DNA of 64,000 nucleotides from a virus: IMG/VR virus record IMGVR_UViG_3300045988_158900; one strand, 5' to 3'. Shown piece by piece: positions 1 to 11,800 of this stretch (position 1 is its first letter; each line of letters starts with the position of its first letter). The notes under the pieces were generated by a model. It saw only the letters and a program-made list of their open reading frames with translations, ran no database searches and was not told where the DNA came from. The position numbers and the translations under genes were made by a program.

Positions 1-2
1 TG

Positions 3-122
3 GGTAAGGGTAAGAAAGTTAATGATGCGACAATTGATCAGGCTGAATTGATTGATTTGATTGTAACTGAAATTAAAGAAGATTTGATGCCAACAATTGA
101 GGCAAAAACCATTACTGAATAA
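3..122 (+). CDS. 3' end (C-terminal 39 codons, ...GKGKKVNDATIDQAELIDLIVTEIKEDLMPTIEAKTITE*) of an upstream gene running off the window start
   Basis: Open frame from base 3 ending at TAA 120-122 and followed by a GC-rich hairpin terminator. Local GC is higher than the rest of the window. Confidence 0.35.
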   Translation, partial: GKGKKVNDATIDQAELIDLIVTEIKEDLMPTIEAKTITE

Positions 123-132
123 TTAATATTGG

Positions 133-170
133 CCTGAGGCGAACTTAAATCCGCCTCAGGTTGATTTTTA
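133..170 (+). terminator. Rho-independent terminator (stem CCTGAGGCG / CGCCTCAGG, then T-rich tract)
   Basis: Perfect 9-bp inverted repeat at 133-141 and 152-160, followed by TTGATTTTTA. Confidence 0.5.
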
Positions 171-189
171 TCCATTTTTATGATATAAT
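161..189 (+). promoter_or_regulatory. SigA-type promoter, TTGATT-17bp-TATAAT
   Basis: TTGATT at 161-166, exact 17-nt spacer, TATAAT at 184-189. The same architecture recurs at 8825, 16234 and 19753. Confidence 0.5.
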
Positions 190-219
190 ATTTATATAAA
201 GAAATATTGAAAGGAGTGA

Positions 220-765
220 TTGAAAATAGCGCATAAAGTAAAATGTTTTTATTGTGGATAGATTTTCGATAGAGATAAATTTCCATATGTCCAAGTTGGA
301 ACTCGTCGTTATGCTCATCCTCAATGTGCTGGTGTCACTTCTGAAGAAGAAATTATTAAACCTCCAGAAGAGGATAAAGATAAGGCTGAATTAGAGCAAT
401 ATATAATGAAATTACTTGGAGAAAATTATATTAATCCTCGTGTGCGGAAACAATTAAACCAATATGTAGAAGAATATAATTATACTTATTCAGGTATGTT
501 AAAAGCCCTTATATATTTTTATGAAGTTAAAGGGAATTCTGTCGAAAAAGCAAATGGCGGAGTTGGTATAATTCCTTGGATATATAAAGATGCCTATAAT
601 TATTACTATAACTTATGGATGATAAAACAAAGAAATGAAGATAAAAATATTTCGTTATATGTTCCACAAGTTCAAGAAATAACTATACCAATACCTCAAC
701 GGAAACCATACAAGAAAAATTTATTTTCATTTTTAGATGAAGAGGAGGGTGTGAATGGCATCTAA
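220..765 (+). CDS. Hypothetical protein with N-terminal CxxC...HxxC zinc-finger-like motif, containing one in-frame TAG (259-261). Start uncertain: TTG at 220 after AAGGAG, or ATG at 406.
   Basis: The frame of the 406..765 ORF stays open upstream to 220 with only TAG at 259 in frame. Upstream translation ...CFYCG*IFDRDKFPYVQVGTRRYAHPQC... is protein-like. RBS AAAGGAG at 210-216. Confidence 0.45.
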
Positions 766-2287
766 ATATGTCGACCCAACTGCAATAATGCAAGTAATTG
801 GATGTGTTTATAATTCTCCACAATTACTTGATTTTACTGATAAATATTCAATAACCGAAGAAGATTTCCCAGATCAATTTCATAGAATTGTATTTGGAGC
901 TATTTATAAAATTCATGAATTAGGTGCTGAAAAAGTTACCTTAGAAAATATTAATGATTTTTTAGCCTCTCGTCCAAAATATCAAGGTATATATAAAGCA
1001 AATAAAGGCGAAGAATGGCTTTTAAATATTGCTGATACAGCAAAACCATTATCATTTGATTATTATTATAGTCGTTTAAAGAAAATGTCTCTATTAAGAG
1101 CATATGATAATTATGGTATAGATGTATCATTTATTTATGACCCTGATAATATTTTAGATGTCGAGAAAAAACAATTACAAGAAGATAATTTAGATAATTC
1201 ATCATTAGAGAATATTGCAAAATTAATTGATGATAGAATTGAAACGATTAAATATGAATATATAAATAATATAGAGGGTGTAGCAGTTCAAGCCGGCCAT
1301 GGAATTTTTGATTTGCTCGATTCTCTAAAAGAACATCCAGAAATTGGTTCACCATTATATGGACCACTTGTGAATACAGTAACTCGTGGAGCCAGACTAA
1401 AGAAATTTTATTTGCGTTCAGCCCCTTCTGGTATTGGAAAAACTCGTTCAATGATTGCTGATGCTTGTAATCTTGGGTGTAATAAAATTTATGATGAAAC
1501 ATTTGGTTGGATTAAAAATGGTATTTGTGAACCAGTTTTATATATTACCACAGAGCAAGAAATTGGTGAAATTCAAACTATGATGTTAGCATTTTTATCA
1601 AATGTTAATGAAGAACATATTTTGAATACAAAATTATATGTTGGTGATGAAGAAGAGCGAGTATTAGAAGCTGGTAAAATTATTGTTTCTAGTCCCATTT
1701 ATATTCGTGAATTACCCGATTTTTCTCTGATGGATGTTGAGAATGAAATTAAAAAAGGTATTCGCGACCATGAAGTAAAATATGTATTTCATGATTATAT
1801 TCATACAAGTTTAAAAATTCTTGAAGAAATTACTCGTCGTAGTGGTGGTGTTAAATTACGTGAAGATAATATCTTATTTATGTTATCAACTAAATTAAAA
1901 GATATTTGTAATCAATATGGCGTATTTATTATGTCTGCTACTCAGTTAAATGGTGCATATCAAGATGCTGAAACACCAGATCAAAATCTATTACGAGGAG
2001 CAAAAGCCATCGCTGATAAAATTGACTATGGTTCAATTTTATTACCAGTAAAAGATGATGATTTAGTAGCATTAAATGATATTTTGCAAACAAATATTTT
2101 TGAAATTCCAACAATAAAAATGTCGGTCTATAAAAATAGACGTGGAAGATATAAAGGTGTATATTTGTGGTGCAAAGCAGATTTAGGAACTTGTAGAATT
2201 AAACCTATGTTTTGTACTACTTATGGATATGAGTTAGTTCCAATAGATGATATAAAAATTAATTTTGAAGAAGAAAGTGCGTTTTAA
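755..2287 (+). CDS. dnaB: DnaB-like replicative DNA helicase
   Basis: 510-aa ORF, RBS GAGGAGGG before ATG 755. Walker A-like LRSAPSGIGKTRSM, C-terminal RecA-like ATPase with DnaB-type N-terminal domain. No in-frame TAG. Confidence 0.7.
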   Translation: MASKYVDPTAIMQVIGCVYNSPQLLDFTDKYSITEEDFPDQFHRIVFGAIYKIHELGAEKVTLENINDFLASRPKYQGIYKANKGEEWLLNIADTAKPLSFDYYYSRLKKMSLLRAYDNYGIDVSFIYDPDNILDVEKKQLQEDNLDNSSLENIAKLIDDRIETIKYEYINNIEGVAVQAGHGIFDLLDSLKEHPEIGSPLYGPLVNTVTRGARLKKFYLRSAPSGIGKTRSMIADACNLGCNKIYDETFGWIKNGICEPVLYITTEQEIGEIQTMMLAFLSNVNEEHILNTKLYVGDEEERVLEAGKIIVSSPIYIRELPDFSLMDVENEIKKGIRDHEVKYVFHDYIHTSLKILEEITRRSGGVKLREDNILFMLSTKLKDICNQYGVFIMSATQLNGAYQDAETPDQNLLRGAKAIADKIDYGSILLPVKDDDLVALNDILQTNIFEIPTIKMSVYKNRRGRYKGVYLWCKADLGTCRIKPMFCTTYGYELVPIDDIKINFEEESAF

Positions 2288-2298
2288 GGAGAATAATT

Positions 2299-2463
2299 AT
2301 GGAAAAAGCTGGTCAGATTGAGTATAAAATGTCTAAGCGTCAAGCTACAGAGCTGATTAAAAATTACAAGGGGCCTCGTAAGAATCCACAGGATATTCTG
2401 ATTGAATATGTAAATACTAATCTAAATCTTCTGCGTAAATGCGTGAAAGTGATTGTTGATTAA
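2299..2463 (+). CDS. Small hypothetical protein (54 aa)
   Basis: RBS AAGGAGA 8 nt before ATG 2299. Stop TAA overlaps the primase start (TAATG). Confidence 0.4.
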   Translation: MEKAGQIEYKMSKRQATELIKNYKGPRKNPQDILIEYVNTNLNLLRKCVKVIVD

Positions 2464-3566
2464 TGGTTGTATTCGACAAGTCAGAAATCCGGGAAAAACT
2501 TACTACCGATAATATTTATGACTTGTTGTTAGAATGGGGAGGCGATCCTGAGTATAATGAAACTGGGATCGTCTCTTCAACTATTTGTCATAATATGCCT
2601 GGTGAAGGTAGTAAAAAACTTTACTATTATGAAAATACTGGATTGTTTAAATGTTATACTGGATGCGATGCTACATTTGATGTATTTGAATTATGCACGA
2701 AAGTAATGCGCATTCAACATGAGCGAGAATTTGATTTAAATTCAGCAGTTTTATGGGTAGCTCATCGTTTTGGTTTAGGCGGAACAATTCAAGAATTAGA
2801 TGAAGCCAAAACTCTTGAAGATTGGAAAATTTTTAATGAATATAGTCGTATTCAAAGTATTGAGAAGAAAACTAATCAAATAACATTAAAAACTTATGAT
2901 GAAAAAATTTTAACAAGATTTAATTATAAAGTTCAATTAACACCTTGGTTAGATGAAGGTATTTCACAAGAAGCATTAAACGCCGCTAAAATTGGTTTTT
3001 ATCCAGGAGGCGACCAAATAACAATTCCACATTATGATATTGATGGACGATTTATTGGTTTGCGTGGGCGATCATTATGTAAAGAAGAATGTGAATTATA
3101 TGGAAAATATCGACCCATTCATTTAAATAATCAATGGTATAGTCATCCTCTTGGCATGAATTTATATAATTTAAATTTAAGTAAAAATGCTATAAAGACA
3201 TTTAAAAAAGCAATAGTATTTGAAGGGGAAAAATCTGTTTTAAAGTATAAAACTTATTTTGGTCTTAATAATGATATATCTGTGGCCTGTTGCGGGAGTA
3301 ATTTATCTAGCCATCAAGTTCAATTATTATTAGACTGTGGAGTTGAAGAAATTATTATTGCATTCGATAGACAGTTTAAAGAACTTGGCGATGATGAATT
3401 TAAACATCTTAAATTAAATTTATTAAAAGCGAGAAGTAAATTTAAAAATTATGCTACAATATCATTTATGTTTGATAAAATAGGATTGCTTGGCTATAAG
3501 GATTCACCAATCGATGATGGTAAAGATATTTTCTTGAAATTATTTAAAGAAAGGATTATAATATAA
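2463..3566 (+). CDS. dnaG: DnaG-like DNA primase (zinc-binding region plus TOPRIM)
   Basis: 367 aa. Cys/His cluster CHNMPGEG...CYTGC and TOPRIM-like EGEKSVL...DRQ motifs. TAATG coupling to neighbouring genes. No in-frame TAG. Confidence 0.65.
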   Translation: MVVFDKSEIREKLTTDNIYDLLLEWGGDPEYNETGIVSSTICHNMPGEGSKKLYYYENTGLFKCYTGCDATFDVFELCTKVMRIQHEREFDLNSAVLWVAHRFGLGGTIQELDEAKTLEDWKIFNEYSRIQSIEKKTNQITLKTYDEKILTRFNYKVQLTPWLDEGISQEALNAAKIGFYPGGDQITIPHYDIDGRFIGLRGRSLCKEECELYGKYRPIHLNNQWYSHPLGMNLYNLNLSKNAIKTFKKAIVFEGEKSVLKYKTYFGLNNDISVACCGSNLSSHQVQLLLDCGVEEIIIAFDRQFKELGDDEFKHLKLNLLKARSKFKNYATISFMFDKIGLLGYKDSPIDDGKDIFLKLFKERIII

Positions 3567-3742
3567 TGAACGAATTACATTGGAATAAATATAATGCAGC
3601 CGCAGATTTAGATCCATTCCCAGATATAAAATATCAATGTCCATTATGTTATAAAAGTTTTAAAGAAGAATATAATAAATGTCCCAACTGTGGAAAAGTA
3701 ATAAAAGGAGAATCACAATATGAAAGGTATCGTTTGGGGTAA
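3566..3742 (+). CDS. Small zinc-ribbon protein (58 aa, CPLC...CPNC)
   Basis: ATG overlaps the primase TAA. Two CxxC pairs. Ends TAA 3740-3742. Confidence 0.45.
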   Translation: MNELHWNKYNAAADLDPFPDIKYQCPLCYKSFKEEYNKCPNCGKVIKGESQYERYRLG

Positions 3743-4031
3743 TCGTTGGATTTCAGCAGTAAATAAATTAGATTAGATAGCACTAAAATATGAATATCTC
3801 CATATTAGCCCTATTCAAATAGTTAAAACTAAAAATGAATATACAATTACTTATGAAAATGGAGATAATTGGCGAGCTATACGAGGTAATACTAATAGTC
3901 GAGGATATAAATGTAATATTTCTTATATTGATCGTGAAATTGCTGATGATATTGTTGATACTATTATTAAACCTTGTACCACTGATTTTCCTTATCATGG
4001 GTTTGAGTATTATTATCCAGAAAAGGACTGA
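3720..4031 (+). CDS. Hypothetical protein (103 codons) with one in-frame TAG at 3774-3776
   Basis: RBS AAAGGAG 7 nt before ATG 3720. Ends TGA 4029-4031. It supersedes the track ORFs 3783..3998(-) and 3835..4074(+), which are split by the TAG. Confidence 0.4.
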
Positions 4032-4103
4032 TATAAATAATAAACTTAATAAAAAAATTAAAATATATAGGTAGTGATTTAATGAAAGGAGGGTGACTAT
4101 TCT

Positions 4104-5849
4104 ATGGAATACCGCCTAAGAGCACCCGAGTTCCCGATATATACACCGGTAGAACAAGTGCTAGTAAATCGTGGAATACCCTACGATTAGATTAATCATT
4201 ATTTAAACACTACTGATAATGACATTTTAGACCCTCGGTTAATACCGCACTTGGATGAAGGTGCTAAAATGCTTATTAAACATATTTCACAAAATGACAA
4301 AGTTCTGATATAGGTAGATAGTGATTGCGATGGATATACTTCCGCTGCATTATTAATGAATTACCTATATTGTCTATTTCCCAGTTTTGTGAATAATAAC
4401 ATTTCTTATCGTGTCCATATGGGAAAACAGCACGGCATCATTCCAGATACAATCCCGGAAGATGTTAAATTAGTAATCGCTCCAGATTCAAGTTCAAATG
4501 ATTATGAAGTACATGAATATTTAAATTTGAGTGGAGTTGACGTGCTGGTAATAGACCACCATGAAGCTGATCATATTTCTGAGTATGCTTGTATAATTAA
4601 TAATTAGTTATGTGATTATCCCACTAAATCATTATCTGGCGTAGCAATGGTCTGGAAATTTTGTTGCTATATTGATATATTATTAAAAACCGATCATGCA
4701 TAGAAGTTTTTAGATTTAGTGGCTCTTGGATTGGTGGCCGACATGATGGATGTGCGAGATTTTGAAACAAGAAGATTAATAGATAAAGGACTTCAACAAA
4801 TCCGCAATCCTTACTTCAGAGGTGCGATTGATAAAGACCAATTTCATTTTACAAATGAGATTACACCTATTGGAGTAGCTTTTTATATTGCTCCATTAAT
4901 TAACGCGACAACTCGCGTCGGAACGCAAGAAGAAAAGCTCATGCTATTTGAATCAATGCTTGATTTTCGGGGATACGAACTTGTCCCATCAACAAAACGT
5001 GGATGTAAAGGTCAAGCAGAGACGAGAGTAGAACAAGCTTGTCGAAATTGTACCAATATTAAAAGTAGACAAACCAAAATTCGAGACAATAGCTTGGAAA
5101 GAATTGAATAGATAATCGTAAATCAAAATTTATTGAGTAATAAAATCTTAATCGTTCAATTAGATGATTTGATTACTGACCGCAACCTAACTGGATTAAT
5201 AGCAAATCAATTAATGAGTGAATATCAAAGACCTGTTTTAATCTTAAATAAAATTGAAAATGAAGATGGTACAATAACTTGGGAAGGGTCTGGTAGAGGA
5301 TACGACAAATCTCGATTGAAAGATTTTAGAGGATTTTTAGAAAATAATAAATACGTTATGTATGCTGAAGGTCATGCTAATGCATTTGGTATTGGCATTA
5401 AAGATGAAGATATTAGCGCATTTATTACATCTACAAATTCTGCTCTAGATGGTTTTGATTTCACCCCAATCTATAATGTAGATTTTATCTACAAATCAGA
5501 TGAGCTGACTCCTGATGAAGTTATTGACATCGCAGGAATGAAAAGCTTATGGGGCCAAGGAGTAGAAGAAGCTGAAATTGCTGTAGAAGGTATTAAAGTC
5601 CACAAGGACAATATACGTATTCTATCGCCAGATAAAAATCCTACTCTAAAGATAATGTTGCCTAACGGCATCAATTTTATGAAGTTTAGGTCGTCTGAAG
5701 AGGAATATGATAAACTATATTCTGAATTAGGTTATGTGACAATTAATATCGTTGGTGAATGCGAACGAAATATTTGGAATAATAAAATTAGTCCTCAAGT
5801 TATGATTAAAGATTACGAAATTGTAGATAGGGCAAATTATTATTTTTAA
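4104..5849 (+). CDS. recJ: RecJ-like single-strand DNA exonuclease (DHH + DHHA1), one gene carrying five in-frame TAG codons (4188, 4311, 4605, 4701, 5109)
   Basis: RBS AAAGGAGGGTGA before ATG 4104. DHH motifs VDSDCDGYTS and VIDHHEADH, RecJ signature LDLVALGLVADMMDV, DHHA1 YAEGHANAFG. Three track ORFs (4356, 4719, 5133) share one frame and are separated only by TAG. Confidence 0.7.
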
Positions 5850-5902
5850 TAATTGACACTTACGACTAATAGACCAAAAACCTATTAGGAGGAATTACAA
5901 TT

Positions 5903-6733
5903 ATGAAAAATACTATTTTGAATAAATGGCTGATTGCATTAAGCTGTGTATTAATTATTGGATGCAGCGTTAAAACTGTTGAAGCATCAGCTATTACTCG
6001 AAATGCACTTTCGGAAGCTTACATCCCTTCTGAAATGTCTTCTGTGGTAGATCTTACTACTACTATTGAGTATAAACAAATTAGAAATATATCTAAAACA
6101 GAAGATACACAAGAATTAAGAACACTAATCCAAGAGTGTAAAACATTAAAAGAATCTGCTGAACAAATGCTAGTATTGGCTGATAATTTAGGATATACCG
6201 ATAAACATCCAGTAGTTAAAACAACGACTACTGAAATTGAACAATTAAATGAATTGATTACAATTTATGAAAATCGGTTACAACAAAAATGTTGGGAAAT
6301 TCGAATTGGAAAATATCCAACTGCTTCTAGTATTTGGTTATATTTAAGCGATCAAGGATATAGCGATGAAATATGTGCCGGTATCCTTGGTAATATAATG
6401 GCTGAGGTTGGTGGACATACTTTAGATATTGAACATACTACCAATACCCATCCAGGATATTATGGTATATGCCAATGGAGTTTAAAATATAGTAATACTA
6501 AAGGTATGAATTTATCTGAACAATGTCAATATTTAGTTGAAACTATTGAAAATGAATTTAATTCATTCGGTAGTGAATATAAATCAGGATTTGATTATGA
6601 TGATTTTATTGAAATGACTGATATTGAAGAAATTGCATTAGCATTTGCTAAATGTTATGAACGCTGTGGATCAGGTTCTTATGATGTGAGACAATCAAAT
6701 GCTTTAATCGCTTTTGAATATTTTGCATCTTAA
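5903..6733 (+). CDS. Secreted lipoprotein with C-terminal phage-tail-lysozyme-like domain
   Basis: Signal peptide with lipobox LIIGC. C-terminal GILGNIMAEVGG...GICQW resembles the phage tail lysozyme (Phage_lysozyme2) family. RBS AGGAGG. Confidence 0.5.
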   Translation: MKNTILNKWLIALSCVLIIGCSVKTVEASAITRNALSEAYIPSEMSSVVDLTTTIEYKQIRNISKTEDTQELRTLIQECKTLKESAEQMLVLADNLGYTDKHPVVKTTTTEIEQLNELITIYENRLQQKCWEIRIGKYPTASSIWLYLSDQGYSDEICAGILGNIMAEVGGHTLDIEHTTNTHPGYYGICQWSLKYSNTKGMNLSEQCQYLVETIENEFNSFGSEYKSGFDYDDFIEMTDIEEIALAFAKCYERCGSGSYDVRQSNALIAFEYFAS

Positions 6734-6740
6734 TTATATA

Positions 6741-6785
6741 TGGTTATATGGAGAGGTATTTCTCCATATAACCATTATTTTCATT
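6741..6785 (+). terminator. Rho-independent terminator (14-bp perfect stem TGGTTATATGGAGA / TCTCCATATAACCA, then T-rich tract)
   Basis: Seen directly at 6741-6774, followed by TTATTTTCATTT. Confidence 0.55.
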
Positions 6786-6797
6786 TATGAAGATAAT

Positions 6798-7001
6798 ATG
6801 ACAGAATTTAAATCAGCTTGGGATATTACTCAAGACTTACATAATTTACTATATAATACAGAGAAATCTGATAATGAGATATACAATAAAGTATTTGAAA
6901 TTAGTAAAATTTTCACAGAGACATTCCTTACAACGCCAGAAGATTTCGCTCGGTCGTTTATGGCTCTAAGAACCGAAATCCAAAATGAAAAAGTGATTTA
7001 A
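6798..7001 (+). CDS. Small hypothetical protein (67 aa)
   Basis: ATG 6798 inside track ORF 6714..7001. Weak RBS. Confidence 0.3.
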   Translation: MTEFKSAWDITQDLHNLLYNTEKSDNEIYNKVFEISKIFTETFLTTPEDFARSFMALRTEIQNEKVI

Positions 7002-7029
7002 AAATTTTTATACCAAAATGGTGATATAA

Positions 7030-8226
7030 ATGATTTTAACAAATAAACAAGAACAAGGATTAAAGATAGCAGTAGAACGATATAAAAATAAAGAACGATA
7101 TACAGTAATAGCAGGTTATGCTGGAAGTGGTAAATCAACCCTAATTAAATTTATTATCTCTGCCTTGGGAGTAAATCCAGAAGAAGAAGTTTGTTATGTG
7201 GCATTTACTGGTAAGGCGGCTACAGTTCTCTAGACTAAAGGTTGCCCAAATGCGACTACTGCTCATTAGTTATTATATAAAGCGCGGATTACGCCCAATG
7301 GAACATACAAATTTTTCCCAAGACCAAGAGAAGAAATAGTACACTATAAAGTAATTGTAGTAGATGAAGTTTCAATGCTCCCTAAAGCTATGTGGGAGTT
7401 GCTCTTATCTCATGGTATTTATATCTTGGCTACTGGAGACCCCGGTCAATTACCGCCAATAGTCGATGAAGATAATAACCATGTGCTCGACAATCCACAT
7501 GTTTTCCTTGATGAAATTATGCGTCAAGCTCAAGATAGTGAAATTATTAGATTCTCAATGTGGATTCGTGATAACAAACCAATTTCTTCATATAAAGGTA
7601 CTGAAGAACAAGTTTTAATTCGATTTAAATGGGATGAAATGCTCCCTTAGATGTATAATTGGGCAGACCAAATTATTTGCTCAACAAATGAAAAACGAAA
7701 TGATATTAATCGTATAGTTCGAACTCAAAAAGGATATGACCCTGATAGACCTTGCCTTGGAGATAAATTAATCGGACTACATAATCAATGGGATTTTATA
7801 TCTTCTAATCATACATGGGCATTAACTAATGGGACTATTGGAACATTAGAAGATTTTTATATCGAAGATATACGATTCCCATATTGGATTTATAAAAATC
7901 CTGTACCATTTATGTATGCTCAATTAAGGCTTGACGATGATGATACATTTTGTGGAGTCCCTATTGATTATAATCAACTGTTAACTGGCAAAAAAACATT
8001 TGAAGGAAAACAAATTTATCAAATTAAAAAGAATAAAAATTGTCCTGACCCTCCATTTGATTTTTCATATGCCTATGCTATTACTTGTTGGAAAGCCCAA
8101 GGTAGTGAATATAATAAAGTATTAGGATTTGAAGAGGCTCCACCTTACGATAGAGAAACTCATAAAAAATATCTCTATACCCTAGCCACAAGAGCTAAAG
8201 AGAGGCTGGTATTAATTAGAAAATGA
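7030..8226 (+). CDS. RecD/Dda-like SF1 DNA helicase, one gene with three in-frame TAG (7231, 7267, 7648)
   Basis: Walker A AGYAGSGKST, Walker B VVDEVSM, motif III ATGDPGQLPP, motif V CWKAQGSEY, motif VI TLATRAKERL. Four track ORFs in one frame are joined by TAG. Ends TGA, overlapping the next ATG (ATGA). Confidence 0.7.
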
Positions 8227-8828
8227 CAAAAGTATTAACTATTGATTTTGATATATTGATGTGGGAATCATTACCATTATATAATAATTTAGTACAATAG
8301 GATTGGAAAACTCTAATAGCTAATTTTGATTTACTAAATTATACACAATTTGATGGTGAATTATATAATCGTTTGACTCAAATGATTCTTCGACAAACAA
8401 AACATATTAAAAAAGAAAATGTGCATTTTATAACTTCACATCATCGAGTAATTAAATATCTCCCATTAAATGATCTTATTGAAATAACTAATATAGACCA
8501 TCATCATGATATTCAATATAATGAAGTTGAGCCAGAAGATGAATTGAATTGTGGTAATTGGGTAAAATATGCTTATGAACATGGATATGCAGTTAGTCAA
8601 TATAATTGGATTCATAATGATAATTCTATTTAGTGTCATCTAGATAAAAATAATTATTTAACTAGACAAGATAGCATTGAAAATTTTGATTTAACTATGG
8701 AAGATTATGATATTATAATTATTTGTTTATCTCCACCATGGGTACCACCTCGGTATAGGCCCTTATATAATTGTTGGATTGATATGTTAAATCGGATTTA
8801 TAATACAACATTTACCGTAGATGATTGA
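8223..8828 (+). CDS. Hypothetical protein (201 codons) with two in-frame TAG (8298, 8631)
   Basis: ATG overlaps the RecD-like TGA. Frame open to TGA 8826-8828. Confidence 0.4.
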
Positions 8829-8853
8829 TTTATAATAAATTATTTGGTATAAT
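8825..8853 (+). promoter_or_regulatory. SigA-type promoter TTGATT-17-TATAAT upstream of dnaE
   Basis: TTGATT 8825-8830, 17-nt spacer, TATAAT 8848-8853, then RBS AGAGGTGG and ATG 8891. Confidence 0.5.
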
Positions 8854-8890
8854 ATTATTATAAATAAAATAAATGAGAAAGAGGTGGATT

Positions 8891-11800
8891 ATGCGACCAT
8901 ACTTTGGCGTACACAACCATACTCACTATTCAAATCTGCGTTTATTAGATTCTATTAATAGACCAGAAGAGTTGATTAAAACAGCAGAAAAATTAGGATT
9001 GAGTGGTATAGCAATTACTGACCATGAATGTTTATCTGCTCATATGGAAGTTAATCAATTTGCAAAAGATTTTTTAAAAGAGCATCCTGATTTTACTATT
9101 GCGTTAGGTAATGAAATTTATTTGACTGATACAAGAGATTGCGGTCAAAAGTATTATCATTTTATTTTATTAGCAAAAGATGAAATTGGGTATAAAGCAT
9201 TAAAAGAATTGAGTTCAATTGCTTGGATTAATTCTTATACTGATAGAAAAATGGAACGAGTGCCAACATTAAAATCTGAATTGAAAAATGTAATGGCACA
9301 ATATAAAGGGCATGTAATCGCAACAACAGCTTGTATTGGTGGTGAATTAGGTTCTAATTTGTATCCAATGTATGAAGCCGAAGTTGTAGGCGATACACAA
9401 ACTAAAAGCATTTATTATAATAATATTGTTAAATTTATTGAATTTTGTATAAATGTTTTTGGTAAAGATGATTTTTATTTAGAGTGCGCTCCATCTGCCA
9501 TGAAAGACCAACTTGTAGTAAATCAAAAAATTTATCAAGTAGCAAAAGCATATGATTTAAAAATGGTAGTTGGAACTGATGCTCATTATTTAACAAAGAA
9601 AGACAGACCAATTCATAAAGCTTATTTAAATTCTAAAGATGGTGAGCGTGAAGTTGATTCATTCTATGAATTTGCTTATGTAATGGATAGTGATGAAGTA
9701 GAAGAATTAATGCTACCATATATGGATACTTGGGATAAAAATAAAACTCCTCAAGAAATTATGAATTGGATTTTTGATAATACATTAGAAATTCAAAAGA
9801 AAATAAAATTCTATTCTCTGGAACGCAAACAACAGATTCCAAGAGTAGAAATATTAGATTATAAAAAGGGATTTATTCCAAAAGATTGGTATGAAAAATA
9901 TCCTGTTATTTGTTCATTAATTAATAGTGATGATATTCAAGAACGATATTGGATAAATGAATGTATTAAAGCATTACAAGAAAAACAATTATATGAAAAT
10001 GAAACATATATTGCTCGTCTTGAAACTGAAGCCAATGTAATTAAAAATATTGGCGAGAAACTTGAAGACTGTTTGTTCGCTTATTTTAATACATTTAAAC
10101 ATTATATTGATTTGTTCTGGGAGTGTGGAAGTATTGTTGGGCCCGGTCGAGGCTCAGCAACTGGTTTTTTATCTAATTATCTATTAGGAATTACTCAGCT
10201 AGACCCAATTCGTTGGGGATTGCCATATTGGCGTTTCTTAAACTTAGAGCGCGCAGAGTTACCTGATATTGATATCGACCTGGCGCCAAGTAAACGCCCT
10301 GCAATTTTTAGTGCTATTCGCAAAGAGCGTGGAACATTAGGTTTAATTCAAGTCGCAACATTCGGCACTGAAGGTACAAAGCAAGCGATTTTAACTGCTT
10401 GCCGTGGTTATAGAAGTGATGACTATCCAAATGGCATTGATGTAGATGAAGCGCAATTTATGTCTTCATTAATCCCACAAGAACGTGGATTTCTATGGCC
10501 GATGAAAGATGTAGTAAATGGTAATCCTGATAAAGATAGAAAACCAGTAACTACATTTATCCAAAAGGTAAATCAATATCCTGGTTTATTGGATATTATT
10601 GTATACATTGAGGGCATCGTTAATAAACGTTCTTCTCATGCTTCTGGTGTTATTCTATATGGAGAAGACCCATTTGAAACCGCGTCATTTATGAAAACCC
10701 CTAGTGGTGATTTAATTACTTGTTGGGATTTACATAAGGCTGAAGCCGCTGGAGATACTAAATATGACTTCCTGGTAACAGAAGCTTGCGATAAGATTAT
10801 TCAATGTTATAATTTATTAAAAGAAGATAATCAAATCCCTGATATTGGTTTACGTGATTTCTATAATAAATATCTTCATCCAGAAGTAATAGATACTTCT
10901 GACAAACGCATTTGGGAACATCTGGCGGCCGGAGACATTCTTGATGTATTCCAATTTTCTACTGGTGTAGGTTTAGCTATTGCTAAAAAATTGAAGCCAA
11001 AAGATCCTATGGAAATGACTGCTGCAAATGCTATGATGCGTCTAATGAGTGAAAAAGGCAAAGAAAGTCAGCAAGATAGATATTATCGAATCCAAAAAAC
11101 AGGTATTCAAGTTTTTGATAAAGAAATGAAAGATAATCATTTGCCAGAAGAAATGATCGAAAAGATGCACAAGCATTGTGATAGATATTATGGATGCTGC
11201 CCACTTCAAGAGCAAATGATGGAAATTCTTATGGATGTTGCTGGGTTTACATTAGGCGAAGCAAATAGCGCACGTAAAGTCGTTGCCAAAAAACAAATGG
11301 CAAAAATTCCTCAACTAAAAGAACAAGTATTCAGCAAGTTTACTAATGAACATAATGCTGAATATTTTTGGGAAAATGCAATCGCTCCTCAATTGGGATA
11401 TGCATTTAGTTTAAATCATTCTCTTCCTTACTCATTTGTTGCAATTCAAATGATTTATTTGGCAATTAATTTCAATCCTATTTATTGGAATTGTGCTTGT
11501 TTGATTGTAAATAGTGGAGCATTAGAAAATGAGCCAGAAGAAATGAGCGATGAAGATTATGATTATTCTGGCGAAGAATATTGTGGTGTTTCTCCAGAAG
11601 ATGTAATGGAGAATAAACCAAAAAATAAAAAAGTGGCTAGTACTGATTATGGTAAAATTGCTAAGGCGATTGGAGATATTTAGTCTGCTGGTATTAAAGT
11701 CAGTTTAGCTGATATTAATAAAGCTAAATTTGGATTTGCACCTGATGTTGAAAATAATCAAATTCTATTTGGTCTAAAAGGATTATTGAATGTTGGCGAT

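Noticed and set aside
1-220. Prophage boundary or attachment site at the window start (higher GC, GC-rich terminator)
   Set aside because: No integrase, repeat pair or tRNA target. The region reads as the end of one phage gene plus terminator plus promoter.
1248-1502. Antisense ORF inside the helicase gene
   Set aside because: Embedded in a conserved CDS on the opposite strand. No RBS.
3783-4074. Track ORFs 3783..3998(-) and 3835..4074(+)
   Set aside because: They overlap the better-supported plus-strand gene 3720..4031 (RBS, TAG read-through) and are low-complexity.
5855-5902. TTGACA hexamer upstream of the lipoprotein gene as a promoter
   Set aside because: No acceptable -10 at 16-18 bp spacing. 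Left uncalled.
8224-8226. TGA also recoded (code-4-like)
   Set aside because: TGA coincides with natural domain ends and ATGA overlaps (8224, 15763, 45695, 42546, 25579, 4029). No conserved domain is interrupted by TGA.
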